This document shows, piece by piece, positions 42,584 through 52,197 of a stretch of DNA of 64,000 nt. Position numbers and translations under genes: made by a program. How positions within the stretch are numbered: the stretch's first letter is position 1; the number at the start of each line of letters is the position of its first letter. Source of the stretch: Patescibacteria group bacterium (GTDB lineage Bacteria > Patescibacteriota > Kazan-3B-28); assembly GCA_041389145.1 (NCBI GenBank), contig JAWKSK010000002.1, positions 3,311-67,310 of the forward strand, read 5' to 3'. The notes under the pieces were generated by a model that saw only the letters and a list, made by a program, of their open reading frames with translations, ran no database searches and was not told the origin of the DNA.

Positions 42584-43156
42584 ATGAGTCTTGTTCCAAT
42601 GGTTATCGATAAGTCCCCGGCAGGTGAGCGGGCTTTCGACATTTATTCCAGATTGCTTAAGGACAGAATTGTATTCTTAAGTGGTCCGGTAGAGAGCGAT
42701 AGTGCTAATACAGTTATTGCTCAGCTTTTGTTTTTAGCAGCAGAAGATCCTAAGAAGGATATCTTCTTATACATCAATAGTCCTGGAGGGTCAGTTACAG
42801 ATGGAATGGCTATCTATGACACGATGCAACACATCAAACCAGATGTGGTGACTATTTGTGTAGGAATGGCAGCTTCTATGGGAGCAGTTCTATTAGCTGG
42901 TGGAGCCAAGGGTAAGCGTCATGCATTACCTAACTCACGAGTAATGATTCACCAGGTATTGGGTGGAGCACAAGGACAGGCAAGTGATATTGAAATTCAT
43001 GCCAAGGAAATCTTGAGATGGAAATCTAAATTAAATGAAGTATTGGCAAAGCATACCAAGCAGAAGTTAGAGAAGATTGAACGAGATACTGATCGTGATA
43101 ACTTCATGGATGCTAGTGAAGCCAAGGCATATGGATTAATTGATGAGGTATTTTAA
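42584..43156 (+). CDS. clpP: Clp protease proteolytic subunit
   Basis: [34 protein letters not shown]. Confidence 0.98.
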   Translation: MSLVPMVIDKSPAGERAFDIYSRLLKDRIVFLSGPVESDSANTVIAQLLFLAAEDPKKDIFLYINSPGGSVTDGMAIYDTMQHIKPDVVTICVGMAASMGAVLLAGGAKGKRHALPNSRVMIHQVLGGAQGQASDIEIHAKEILRWKSKLNEVLAKHTKQKLEKIERDTDRDNFMDASEAKAYGLIDEVF

Positions 43157-43159
43157 ACA

Positions 43160-43612
43160 ATGTTGAACGAACAAGAATTACAGAATGCTATTGAAGAAGC
43201 ATTAAGACAGTCTGGAGATGTAGATTTGTCTGCAACTACTGGGATAACTGATACTTATAGTTGGTTGGGTGGTTACGGAAGCGGATTAGCTACAACTTGG
43301 AGTTGGATTTTAACTTTAGTAATCGTTGCAGCTCAATGGGCAATTTTCGAAAAAGCAAAGCAACCTGGATGGGCTGCAATTATTCCTATTTATGGAACTC
43401 TCATTTTCCTAAAGATTGCCAATCGTCCATGGTGGTGGATTTTCTTGTTCCTGATTCCAATCGTAGGATTGGTATATGGAATTATGGCATCTCATCAGAT
43501 ATCTAAGGCATTCGGTAAAGGAACAGGATTTACAGTTGGTTTGGTATTGTTGCCATTTGTGTTCTATCCAATCTTGGCCTTTAGTTCAGACAAATATCAG
43601 AAGCCAGCCTAG
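43160..43612 (+). CDS. DUF5684-like membrane protein
   Basis: IFEKAKQPGWAAIIPIY, AFGKGTGFTVGL. Confidence 0.82.
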   Translation: MLNEQELQNAIEEALRQSGDVDLSATTGITDTYSWLGGYGSGLATTWSWILTLVIVAAQWAIFEKAKQPGWAAIIPIYGTLIFLKIANRPWWWIFLFLIPIVGLVYGIMASHQISKAFGKGTGFTVGLVLLPFVFYPILAFSSDKYQKPA

Positions 43613-43652
43613 TTTTAACGGCTCATAATAATGAGCCATTGAAGAATCAAAG

Positions 43653-44507
43653 ATGAGCATATTTAAGGAACTGGTTGGACAAGAAGCAGTAAAGCGGACG
43701 CTGGAGCGTCACATTCAGAGGGGGAATTTGCCTCAGGCTTTAATCTTTGCTGGTCCAGCTGGGGTAGGTAGAACAACAGCTGCTAAGATTTTGGCAAAGA
43801 CATTGCATGGAAATCAGTCGGATACTCATCCGGATACCTTTTGGTTTGCGGAAAGAGTATTGGATAAGCGGGACCGGAAAATTGCCTCACCGATAAAAGA
43901 AACAGCGGATGAGATGGTGAAGTTTTTGTCATTAACTCCAATGGTGTCTAAACACAAGATTGCAATTGTAGACATGGGTGACGATTTAAGTACTGAAGCC
44001 CAAAATACTTTACTTAAAACCTTAGAAGAACCAAGAGCTAATAGTTTGATGATACTAGTGGTTAGTGATGAACACAGATTATTGCCTACAATTGTTTCAA
44101 GAGCTCAGGTAATGAGGTTCGTACCACTTAATAATAGTGAGATTAAAACCATAGTTCCGGCTGCTAGTGATGAGATGGTGAGGTATGCAGGAGGAAGTAT
44201 CAGACGGATTATGCAATTGACTCAAGGCCAGGAAGAGTTTGAAAAAGCTCGGAATGTGTATGAGTTCTGGATGAACTTGGATGAACAGAGTACAGAAAAC
44301 AGATTGAGGATTGCAGAAGAGCTGAAAGATAGGGAAGAGGCCATTGCATTCTTAGAAGCAGGGATACGAGTGTGTAGAACTCAACTGTTAGAAGAGGATG
44401 GAATTGAGATGACAGAAAAGATAGAACAGTTGGAATTGGCGATCGAAAAGATTAATGCCAATGCCAATTTGAGATTGGCTCTGGATGCAGTTTTGCTTGT
44501 GATATAA
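43653..44507 (+). CDS. holB: DNA polymerase III delta-prime subunit
   Basis: LVGQ, FAGPAGVGR, HPD, AQNTLLKTLEEP, LLPTIVSR. Confidence 0.88.
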   Translation: MSIFKELVGQEAVKRTLERHIQRGNLPQALIFAGPAGVGRTTAAKILAKTLHGNQSDTHPDTFWFAERVLDKRDRKIASPIKETADEMVKFLSLTPMVSKHKIAIVDMGDDLSTEAQNTLLKTLEEPRANSLMILVVSDEHRLLPTIVSRAQVMRFVPLNNSEIKTIVPAASDEMVRYAGGSIRRIMQLTQGQEEFEKARNVYEFWMNLDEQSTENRLRIAEELKDREEAIAFLEAGIRVCRTQLLEEDGIEMTEKIEQLELAIEKINANANLRLALDAVLLVI

Positions 44508-44551
44508 GGGTAAATTTGCTAGAGTAGCCGTATCATTTGAAGAGTAGTGCT

Positions 44552-45118
44552 ATGTGGGAAATTATTATTTTTCTAGCCACAATTTTGTTGGCCATCATGA
44601 TTGTTAGAAAGCTACCAGTAGATGTGGTAGCCGATGATAATGGTGAAGAGTTGGATTCGGATGAGAAGAGTCCAATGGAACAGGCTGACGATTATATCGA
44701 AGCAGGTCATTACCGTAGGGCTGAGAATTTGTTGTTGAAGGTAATCTCTCAGGATCCAGACGATGCAGCTGCATACAACAAGTTGGGAATGGTGTATTTA
44801 CGGGAAAAGAACTACAAGGATGCTAGAGCTTCCTTGAATCAGGCTTTGAAGTTAGAGCCAGAAAATGACACCTTCCATAACAACTTGGGTTTGGTTTATT
44901 ACCAAAAAGGTGAATACGATGATGCAATTGAGGCATATGAAAGATCTGTTGAGATTGATAACAAGATTCCATCTCGTTTGGTAAACTTAGGTCTGGCTTA
45001 CTTCATGGTTAAGAAATACAGAAGAGCAGCTGACCAATTTGAAAAAGCTTTAATCTTAGACCCAAGAAATGAAAGTTATAAGGATCTGTTAAAGCAAGCA
45101 GAAGAGAAAATGGATTAA
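44552..45118 (+). CDS. Membrane-anchored TPR protein
   Basis: N-terminal TM; TPR repeats (AYNKLGMVY, HNNLGLVY, VNLGLAY). Confidence 0.88.
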   Translation: MWEIIIFLATILLAIMIVRKLPVDVVADDNGEELDSDEKSPMEQADDYIEAGHYRRAENLLLKVISQDPDDAAAYNKLGMVYLREKNYKDARASLNQALKLEPENDTFHNNLGLVYYQKGEYDDAIEAYERSVEIDNKIPSRLVNLGLAYFMVKKYRRAADQFEKALILDPRNESYKDLLKQAEEKMD

Positions 45119-45199
45119 TTCCTAATTCTGCTATTGAAAAACTAATTGTTATCTTATAGATTGGTTTAGTCTGTTAAGGACTACATCTTTCTAAAAGAT

Positions 45200-45274
45200 G
45201 CCCAAGTAGCTCAGGGGTAGAGCACTCCCATGGTAAGGGAGGGGTCACGAGTTCAAATCTCGTCTTGGGCTCCA
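45200..45274 (+). tRNA. tRNA-Thr(GGT)
   Basis: GCCCAAGTAGCTCAG...CTCCCATGGTAAGGGAG...TTGGGCTCCA. Confidence 0.95.
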
Positions 45275-45279
45275 TGTAA

Positions 45280-45364
45280 GCCGAGGTACCGAAGCGGTCA
45301 AACGGGACTGACTGTAAATCAGTTGGCTATGCCTTCCTAGGTTCGAATCCTAGCCTCGGCACCA
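45280..45364 (+). tRNA. tRNA-Tyr(GTA)
   Basis: GCCGAGGTACCGAAGCGG...ACTGACTGTAAATCAGT, long variable arm, CCA end. Confidence 0.95.
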
Positions 45365-45366
45365 TT

Positions 45367-45441
45367 GCCGGCTTAGCTCAGTGGTAGAGCAATCGCTTTG
45401 TAAGCGAAAGGTCATCGGTTCAAGTCCGATAGCCGGCTCCA
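45367..45441 (+). tRNA. tRNA-Thr(TGT)
   Basis: GCCGGCTTAGCTCAG...TCGCTTTGTAAGCGA...AGCCGGCTCCA. Confidence 0.95.
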
Positions 45442-45511
45442 CTAAATTTAAATAGAAAGAAAGCGCGCTTCCCGTAGGTTGCGCGCTTTTTCCAAATTGA
45501 GGGGCAGCTGG

Positions 45512-45919
45512 TTAGGCTGCTTTCTTCTCATGAACGAGGATGTCGTCGGGATGGATATGGAGAGGGTATCGGCCATTCCTTAAACCCTCCTTCTCGGTTC
45601 TCGACTTATCATCCTGAGGGGTGGCCGGCATGCCGACCTTTCTCATGACCAGTTCGTGGACGTTCTTGTCGAGCTGCGTACGAGTGAGCTCGGCAATGTC
45701 ATACCGGATTTGCGAGAAATCATCCCAACGGTTGCTGTTCTCGGCAATCACTTGGCGAATAGATTGAGCGACCGCATTCTGGATGCCGGTATTCTTGAGA
45801 ACATGATAGGTGACGCAGACAACAGCTGTATCACCATTCGAGATCGCTACTTCAAGCTCTATGCTGAACGCAGAGAACTCATCAAGGATAGGGTCAGCTA
45901 TCCGAAAACTGCTACTCAT
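45512..45919 (-). CDS. Orphan protein downstream of the tRNA cluster
   Basis: SD GGAGGG, promoter TTGACC-17-TATTAT at 45972-46000, terminator at 45460-45491. Confidence 0.65.
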   Translation of the reverse strand: MSSSFRIADPILDEFSAFSIELEVAISNGDTAVVCVTYHVLKNTGIQNAVAQSIRQVIAENSNRWDDFSQIRYDIAELTRTQLDKNVHELVMRKVGMPATPQDDKSRTEKEGLRNGRYPLHIHPDDILVHEKKAA

Positions 45920-46041
45920 TTTCCCTCCGACGGAATGTGCAAATTTGATTTACCTGTTTATAGGTTCGTTTATAATATGTAATTAACAGCTTTAGGTCAA
46001 GGATTTTATGGTTTGGGGCTGGATTATTTCAGAATTAGCTG

Positions 46042-46070
46042 TTGACATCTATAGGAGATGGGGGCATAAT
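46042..46070 (+). promoter_or_regulatory. rplK promoter
   Basis: TTGACA-17 nt-CATAAT. Confidence 0.75.
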
Positions 46071-46103
46071 TTCCTAAGTAAAAAAGAATAAGCAAATAAT
46101 CTC

Positions 46104-46529
46104 GTGGCAAAGAAAGTTAAATCAGTTATTAAATTGCAGTGCGAGGCTGGTAAAGCAACTCCAGCTCCACCTGTTGGAACCGTTTTGGGTCCTACTGGTA
46201 TTGCAATGCAAGATTTCTGTCAGCAGTTTAATGACAGAACCAAAGATCAGATGGGATCTATTATCCCAGCTGTAATTACTATCTACGAAGACAGATCTTT
46301 TGATTTCATCACTAAGCAACCTCCAGCAGCTGAGCTAATCAAGCACGCCTTGAAGTTAAGCAAGGGTTCTGGTGTTCCTAACAAGGAAAAGGTGGCTAAG
46401 ATGACTCAGGCACAGCTTCAAGAAGTGGCTGAAAGAAAGATGCCTGACTTAAACGCAATTGATATTGAGGCAGCAAAGAAGATTATCGCCGGTACTGCCA
46501 GAAATATGGGTGTGGAAATAGTAGATTAA
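46104..46529 (+). CDS. rplK: 50S ribosomal protein L11
   Basis: [28 protein letters not shown]. Confidence 0.98.
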   Translation: MAKKVKSVIKLQCEAGKATPAPPVGTVLGPTGIAMQDFCQQFNDRTKDQMGSIIPAVITIYEDRSFDFITKQPPAAELIKHALKLSKGSGVPNKEKVAKMTQAQLQEVAERKMPDLNAIDIEAAKKIIAGTARNMGVEIVD

Positions 46530-46547
46530 TAATGAAAGGGGGACATC

Positions 46548-46877
46548 ATGGCTCAAAACCACGGTATCGTTAGAACAATTTATCTGTATCTGTTCGCGTT
46601 AGTTGGTTTGTTCCTGTTCGTGTTTAGTACTGTGAGTTTGGTGAGTACAACCTTAAATCGGTATGTGTTCCCAACAGAGTACGTTAGATATGACATTTCT
46701 AAACCAGTAGATGGTGAAGAAAATGTGATATCTGAAGAAGAACAAGAAGCAAACTTTATCAAGCAACAGGATAATGACTTCAAGCGAGGAGTTAACGGTT
46801 CTGTACCAGGTGTCATTATTGGTTACTTGTTGTGGATGTTCCACTGGAAGGTAATCACCAAAGATCACAAAAGTTAG
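46548..46877 (+). CDS. 2-TM membrane protein (DUF5671-like)
   Basis: VRTIYLYLFALVGL ... LWMFHW pattern. Confidence 0.7.
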   Translation: MAQNHGIVRTIYLYLFALVGLFLFVFSTVSLVSTTLNRYVFPTEYVRYDISKPVDGEENVISEEEQEANFIKQQDNDFKRGVNGSVPGVIIGYLLWMFHWKVITKDHKS

Positions 46878-46894
46878 ACAATATATTATTCGAG

Positions 46895-46929
46895 GTGGGA
46901 GCTTAGCAGTCGGCTAAGTGCTTGACCAC
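46895..46929 (+). promoter_or_regulatory. Putative L1-binding autoregulatory RNA element
   Basis: GTGGGAG-hairpin(CTTAGC/GCTAAG)-GACCAC immediately before the rplA SD. Confidence 0.65.
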
Positions 46930-46944
46930 GCAGGAGATAAAGAA

Positions 46945-47691
46945 ATGGCAGAAGCCAAGAAAGCAAAGAAGACCGAATCTAAGAAGGATAAAGTCCAGAA
47001 GTTTGGTCATGGTAAGAAGTACAACGAGCTTGTACAAAAAGTAGATAAGGAGAAGTTGTATGACTTGTCCGAAGCTTTGGATTTAGTGAAGGAAACTTCA
47101 CCAACCAAGTTTGATGCAACTGTTGAGTTGCACATGCAAATGGGATTGGATCCAAAGACTCCAGAACAAAACATTAGAGGTACAGTCACTCTTCCAGCAG
47201 GAAGTGGTAAGGTGCCAAAGATTTTGGTACTGGCTGAAGAAGCTGACGCTGAAAAAGCAAAGAAGGCAGGTGCTGACTTTGCAGGGTTAGACGACATGAT
47301 TGAGAAGATTGGTACTGGTTGGTTAGATTTTGATTTAGTAATTGCTACACCTGCAGCTATGCCTAAGGTGGGTAAGATGGGTCAAACTCTTGGTACCAAG
47401 GGATTGATGCCTAACCCAAAGTCAGGAACTGTATCTGCAGACCCAGCTAAGGCGGTAGAGGAGTTTAAGAAGGGTAAGGTAGAATACCGCTTAGATAAGG
47501 ATGCAATTGTGCACATGGGTATTGGTAAGGTTTCTTTCTCAGCAGATGACTTGAAGAAGAACTTTATGGCCGTGTTTGCTGCAATTAGATCTGCTAAGCC
47601 ATCTAGTGCTAAGGGAACCTACATGAAGAGATTGAGCTTATCCTCTTCTATGGGTCCTGGTATTAAGGTAGATATCAACACAGTCGTCTAA
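46945..47691 (+). CDS. rplA: 50S ribosomal protein L1
   Basis: KFDATVE, IRGTVTLPAGSGK, GLMPNPKSGTV, SSMGPG; start moved to ATG after AGGAG. Confidence 0.98.
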   Translation: MAEAKKAKKTESKKDKVQKFGHGKKYNELVQKVDKEKLYDLSEALDLVKETSPTKFDATVELHMQMGLDPKTPEQNIRGTVTLPAGSGKVPKILVLAEEADAEKAKKAGADFAGLDDMIEKIGTGWLDFDLVIATPAAMPKVGKMGQTLGTKGLMPNPKSGTVSADPAKAVEEFKKGKVEYRLDKDAIVHMGIGKVSFSADDLKKNFMAVFAAIRSAKPSSAKGTYMKRLSLSSSMGPGIKVDINTVV

Positions 47692-47755
47692 GATTGGTTC
47701 AAAGTTTTAAAAAGGAGCTGGCTAGTTGCCAGCTCCTTTGTTATGAACAGTGAAC

Positions 47756-48181
47756 TCAGGTGCAAACCGTTTTACGTTCTGCCTTGAAGGTAAGGTCGAT
47801 TACCAGTTCACGGTTCATTTGCTCAACCCACTCAGTTCGTTGCCGTTGTCTTTGAATGACTAGATCTGGGCTGTACGGTAGCTCGCTAGTTTCAAGGACT
47901 TCAGCAGGGAGTGAACCGTTAATAAACCGTTCAGCGATAACCCTCTTGCAACACTCCCAGACCAGAACCTGTCCATCTGTGAGTTTAATTGCATGAAGGT
48001 AGTAGTGATCAGGATGGTGGTCACATTCACCAATATTTGCCCCGCCACCATCAAAGATGTAAGGGTAGTGATCTGTCCCACATGAACATCTGATCCTTTG
48101 TCCGACTATCATAACAAAGGCAATCTTCTCAAAGAAAATTTGAGCAAGAGGGTCGGTCTTGGTCATATCTAGGTGCATCAT
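47756..48181 (-). CDS. Orphan Cys/His-rich protein
   Basis: SD AGGAGG, promoter TTGACA-17-GATACT at 48206-48234, terminator at 47709-47739; CSC...H, CDHH, WECC. Confidence 0.65.
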   Translation of the reverse strand: MMHLDMTKTDPLAQIFFEKIAFVMIVGQRIRCSCGTDHYPYIFDGGGANIGECDHHPDHYYLHAIKLTDGQVLVWECCKRVIAERFINGSLPAEVLETSELPYSPDLVIQRQRQRTEWVEQMNRELVIDLTFKAERKTVCT

Positions 48182-48253
48182 TTCCTCCTGTACTGGATTG
48201 GGGTTAGTATCAAATATATTGATATCTATGTCAATTTGTTACAATTGACTGTC

Positions 48254-48685
48254 ATGAAGGTAAAAGTATCCAGAATAGATGTAAATCTGCCGATGCCGAT
48301 GTATCAGACCAAGGGGTCTGCCGGGTTTGATATATATGCTCGTGAAGAGGTAACCATCATGCCTGGAGAGCTGGTTAGAATTCCAACCAATCTGATAGTG
48401 GATACTCCAGTGGGATATTTCTTGATGCTGTCTTTAAGATCTTCTACCCCTAAAAAGAAACCAGGATTAGTGGTGCCACATGGAGTTGGAGTAGTGGATT
48501 CGGATTACAATGGACCAGATGATGAGGTATTGATGCAGGTGTTAAATACTGGAGATATTGCAGTAACGATAGAAAAGGGTGAACGGTTTGCTCAGGGGGC
48601 ATTTGTGAAAATAGATATGGCAACATTTATAGATACACCAAGACCAGTAGGGATGAGTCGAGGTGGATTTGGAAGTACAGGATAA
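48254..48685 (+). CDS. dut: Trimeric dUTPase
   Basis: GSAGFDI, RSS, GVVDSDY, RFAQG, RGGFGSTG; start moved to ATG 48254. Confidence 0.95.
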   Translation: MKVKVSRIDVNLPMPMYQTKGSAGFDIYAREEVTIMPGELVRIPTNLIVDTPVGYFLMLSLRSSTPKKKPGLVVPHGVGVVDSDYNGPDDEVLMQVLNTGDIAVTIEKGERFAQGAFVKIDMATFIDTPRPVGMSRGGFGSTG

Positions 48686-49388
48686 TCTGGGGGAGAAAGG
48701 GAAGCCAAAAGTGAAGATTGATTTAAATGAAGAGCAGTTACAAAGATTTATTGTATTTGAAGGGGTAGATGGGAGTGGCCAGGATACTCAAGCACAGATA
48801 TTTGCAGATCATTTAAAAAAGCAGGGGTATAAAGTGTGGTTAACATCAGAACCTAGTAAGGACTTGGCATCTTTGGGTGTAACGGTTAGATATATTCTCA
48901 CCAACCAACCAGATTTTCCAGCTCATAGCTTACAGTTGCTGATGGTTGCAGATAGAGCAATGCATGTGGAGCAGATTAAGAAGTACCTGTCAGATGGATA
49001 TGTAGTGATTTGTGTTAGGTATATGTATTCCACATTGGCTTTTGGATTTGCTGATGGAATCGATATTAATTGGCTAGTGGAACTGAATAGATATTTTCCA
49101 CGTCCAGCAGCTGTTGCATATTTAGATTTAGCAGCCGAAAGTTCAATGCAGAGAGTAGAGAAGAGATCGCGAGAAAAAGGCCAGCCATTGGATCGGTTTG
49201 AAACAGTAGCTAACCTGGAAAAGGTGAGAAATGCATATTTAGACTTACAAAAGCTATGTCCTGAGATAAGGGTGGTGGATGCCTTTGGAACAATTGAAGA
49301 AGTAGCAACTAGAGTGCGTGAAACTATTGGTGAGACTATTGGACTCGAGAGTAAAGAACAGAAACCGTTGGATTTGCAGATGAGTTAG
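48663..49388 (+). CDS. tmk: Thymidylate kinase
   Basis: FIVFEGVDGSGQDTQ, SEP, ADRAMH, RYMYSTLA; start uncertain (GTG 48711 possible). Confidence 0.9.
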   Translation: MDLEVQDNLGEKGKPKVKIDLNEEQLQRFIVFEGVDGSGQDTQAQIFADHLKKQGYKVWLTSEPSKDLASLGVTVRYILTNQPDFPAHSLQLLMVADRAMHVEQIKKYLSDGYVVICVRYMYSTLAFGFADGIDINWLVELNRYFPRPAAVAYLDLAAESSMQRVEKRSREKGQPLDRFETVANLEKVRNAYLDLQKLCPEIRVVDAFGTIEEVATRVRETIGETIGLESKEQKPLDLQMS

Positions 49389-49452
49389 TTGGTTTTTCTG
49401 TGGAGCTGTGGTTAACTGTTTGGGTTAAGGAAATTATTATTGGGGGTGTACC

Positions 49453-50391
49453 TTGGCTAACAAGGGAAGTCCACAGCGTCCATTCTGTGCCAAGCTTGAT
49501 GCAATGATTGGCAAGAAGATCCAGGTCTTAGACCATGGATACATTCGGCTTGTTGACTACATGGGTGTACAGGCCAGCGTAGCTCAAGCTGCCAGGGTTT
49601 CCTATCAGAAGGGAACCAGAAGGACTAGCGAGGATGTTGGTCTGGTTCGTAGGTTATATCGTGATCGTCACACGAGTCCATTGGAACAGCTTGTGATTAC
49701 GTTTGATCTGCGGATGCCAATCTTCGTGATGAGACAGTGGGTTCGACATCGAACTGCTCGTCTGAACGAAGAATCTGCTCGGTATTCTGAACTGGAGTCC
49801 ATTTTCTATCTCCCCAAGAGAGAGAGGATGGTGAGTCAGTCCAAGAAGAACAAGCAGGGAGGAGGTAAACTGCTCGATGATGCAGTTGCCGATCATATTG
49901 CTCAGCTGTTGCTGGGTGGGCAGGATGCGGCAGCTCGTGATTATGCAGAAATGATTAGGGCAGATTACGCCAGGGAGTTGGCACGGATCAACTTGCCACT
50001 CTCAATCTACACGAGAGTGAGGTGGCAGATTGATCTGCACAACCTTCTTCACTTCCTGTCACTGAGAAATGATCCTCATGCCCAGTATGAAATCAGGGTC
50101 TACGCCGAGCTCATTTACGAGAAGTATCTGAAGATCTGGGTGCCTGACATCTGTAGGGCATTTGAGGACCACACGCTCAAGTCTCTCCGCTATTCATTCA
50201 TTGACCAGCAAGTCGTGGAATGGGCAAGGAAGGAGTATTCTGGTGGAAACTGGGTTGATTCTCTGAGGCTGGTGCTGGCAGCCAATCCCAAGGATGAGGA
50301 TTCTCAGTTGTTCAGGCTGGCTAAGCAGTTCAATGTCAGTCCTGGTGAGATTAGCGAGCTGTTATCGAAGCTTGTCTTTCTCGAGAGTTAG
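49453..50391 (+). CDS. thyX: FAD-dependent thymidylate synthase
   Basis: AARVSY, HTSPLE, RQWVRHR...NEESARY, ELARINLP, HAQYEIR. Confidence 0.95.
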   Translation: MANKGSPQRPFCAKLDAMIGKKIQVLDHGYIRLVDYMGVQASVAQAARVSYQKGTRRTSEDVGLVRRLYRDRHTSPLEQLVITFDLRMPIFVMRQWVRHRTARLNEESARYSELESIFYLPKRERMVSQSKKNKQGGGKLLDDAVADHIAQLLLGGQDAAARDYAEMIRADYARELARINLPLSIYTRVRWQIDLHNLLHFLSLRNDPHAQYEIRVYAELIYEKYLKIWVPDICRAFEDHTLKSLRYSFIDQQVVEWARKEYSGGNWVDSLRLVLAANPKDEDSQLFRLAKQFNVSPGEISELLSKLVFLES

Positions 50392-50440
50392 TCTATCGGT
50401 TCGGAGTTGGTGTCTTAGGATGCCAGCTCCGATTTTTTTG

Positions 50441-50630
50441 TTGACACAGATTGGGTTTTTGCATAAGATGGTCGCAGTCTCCTTTATAGACAGTGGGCAC
50501 AAAAGATAAGCCCCACCGAGAAGGACATAATTAAGCCTTGGGCCAGATTTTGGTCAGATGAGGATTTAATCGTGTTCTGCTCGGTGAGCAGAATTTTTTG
50601 TTGCTCGATATATCAGCTTTAAAAGTTGCA
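50441..50630 (+). promoter_or_regulatory. rplJ promoter and structured leader (possible L10 leader)
   Basis: TTGACA-17-TAAGAT, about 160-nt leader with hairpins ending TTCTGCTC-GGT-GAGCAGAA plus T-run. Confidence 0.55.
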
Positions 50631-50633
50631 GGT

Positions 50634-51164
50634 ATGCCAAAAACACGCCAACAGAAGGCAGAGGTCATTGACTCTCTCACTTCGGCGCTAAAGGCTACTA
50701 CCCACGGGGTGCTGACTGACTTTGATAAGTTGACGATGGCTGACCTTGATGCCTTTAGAGCAACTGCTCGTGAAAAGGGTGTGAAGTATACAGTGGTCAA
50801 ACCAACCTTGGTCCAGATTGCTGCTGAAAATGCAGGAATCACTGGTCTCGACATTGCCAAAACCGGTAAAAGCTACGGCTTAGCCTGGGGTGAAGGTATT
50901 GATGAGGTCGGAATCTCCAAGTTGGTAAATGACTTTGCCAAGAAAAGTGATGATCGGGTGCATATTGCTCTCGGTATCATTGATGGCAAGATCGTTGACG
51001 CCGAGACAGTAAAGCAACTTGCCAGCTTGCCATCTTACGAAGAGTTGATGGCTCGTGTAGTGGGCAGTATGAATGCGCCAATCGGAAACTTTGTCTATTC
51101 CTTGAACTGGAATACTCAGAGCTTCTACAACGTTATAAAAGCAATTCAAGCAAGCAAAGCTTAG
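50634..51164 (+). CDS. rplJ: 50S ribosomal protein L10
   Basis: MPKTRQQK, VVKPTL, LASLPSYEEL; upstream of rplL. Confidence 0.93.
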   Translation: MPKTRQQKAEVIDSLTSALKATTHGVLTDFDKLTMADLDAFRATAREKGVKYTVVKPTLVQIAAENAGITGLDIAKTGKSYGLAWGEGIDEVGISKLVNDFAKKSDDRVHIALGIIDGKIVDAETVKQLASLPSYEELMARVVGSMNAPIGNFVYSLNWNTQSFYNVIKAIQASKA

Positions 51165-51190
51165 TCTTGAATCTAATCTAGATAATTACT

Positions 51191-51697
51191 ATGGAAGAAA
51201 ACACAACTCCAGAAGAGCAGACTACTCCTGAGGTAGCTGCTGAAGAAACCACTGCTGAAGCTACTGTAGCTGAAGCTCCAGCTGCTGAAGAGAAGAAAGA
51301 AGTAGATACTTCTAACCTCTCTAAGAAAGCTATGGAAGTACTTGATACCGTTTCTGAGATGACCGTTTTGGAACTCGCAGAATTGGTAAAGGTAATGGAA
51401 GATAAGTTTGGTGTATCCGCAGCTCCTGCAGCAGTTGCAGTTGCTGGTGGTGCCGTAGCTGGTGGCGGTGAAGCCGCTGAAGAAAAGGATGAATTCACTG
51501 TTAAGATCACCGATGCTGGTGCTAACAAGATTGCAGTTATTAAGGCTGTACGTGAAGTCACCGAACTCGGTTTGAAGGAAGCTAAGGATCTTGTAGATGC
51601 AGCTCCTGCAACCGTAAAGGAAAACGTTAAGAAGGATGCCGCTAACGAAATGAAGGCAAAGCTTGAAGAAGCTGGTGCCAAGGTAGAACTTGCTTAA
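51191..51697 (+). CDS. rplL: 50S ribosomal protein L7/L12 with acidic N-terminal extension
   Basis: [38 protein letters not shown]. Confidence 0.97.
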   Translation: MEENTTPEEQTTPEVAAEETTAEATVAEAPAAEEKKEVDTSNLSKKAMEVLDTVSEMTVLELAELVKVMEDKFGVSAAPAAVAVAGGAVAGGGEAAEEKDEFTVKITDAGANKIAVIKAVREVTELGLKEAKDLVDAAPATVKENVKKDAANEMKAKLEEAGAKVELA

Positions 51698-51735
51698 TTA
51701 AGCTGATAATCATAAAGCCCCTCAACTGAGGGGTT

Positions 51736-52158
51736 TTATGATGCTTTATTGCTAAGTTGGATCACCCAGTATTCTTGAACCTCTTTTCTTCTAAGAGCTT
51801 CACAACGGTGATTGCCGTCGGTAATATCGCTTGGGTTTCCCCAGAAATCAGTGGTGATAATGGGTGGAGGAACCCATCCTTCATCAATAAGTCTTATGAA
51901 TTTGGAAATATTGTATTCCCAATCATTATCCGTCCATTTACGATTACTGCCTGGCGGTCCGACTTGAATATTTAGAGAGTCTAGGGGTTCGAGTGTTAGA
52001 GACTGAACTAAAACTTTGTTTTCTAGGTTCTCAAGAACTTCTGCGAGCTTGAGGTTGTTACCTTCATGTTTGAGATAATCAACGCACCATTCTTGTAGAC
52101 GATTTTCTTGATAGGCCTGAGTGGCTGATTCGATATTCCATTGATGGTGGTTAATCAT
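51736..52158 (-). CDS. ParB/Sulfiredoxin-like domain protein
   Basis: GWVPPPII...DITDGNHRCEAL; start at ATG 52158, TACAAT 6 nt upstream. Confidence 0.75.
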   Translation of the reverse strand: MINHHQWNIESATQAYQENRLQEWCVDYLKHEGNNLKLAEVLENLENKVLVQSLTLEPLDSLNIQVGPPGSNRKWTDNDWEYNISKFIRLIDEGWVPPPIITTDFWGNPSDITDGNHRCEALRRKEVQEYWVIQLSNKAS

Positions 52159-52197
52159 AGGGTTATTGTATACGAAATGTGTTAATGTGTTTTGGAT

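Noticed and set aside
45656-45982. Plus-strand 108-aa ORF opposite the 45512-45919 orphan
   Set aside because: Promoter, SD and terminator all support the minus-strand ORF.
45200-46000. tRNA-targeted genomic island
   Set aside because: Only one orphan gene follows, with no duplicated tRNA 3' end and no integrase.
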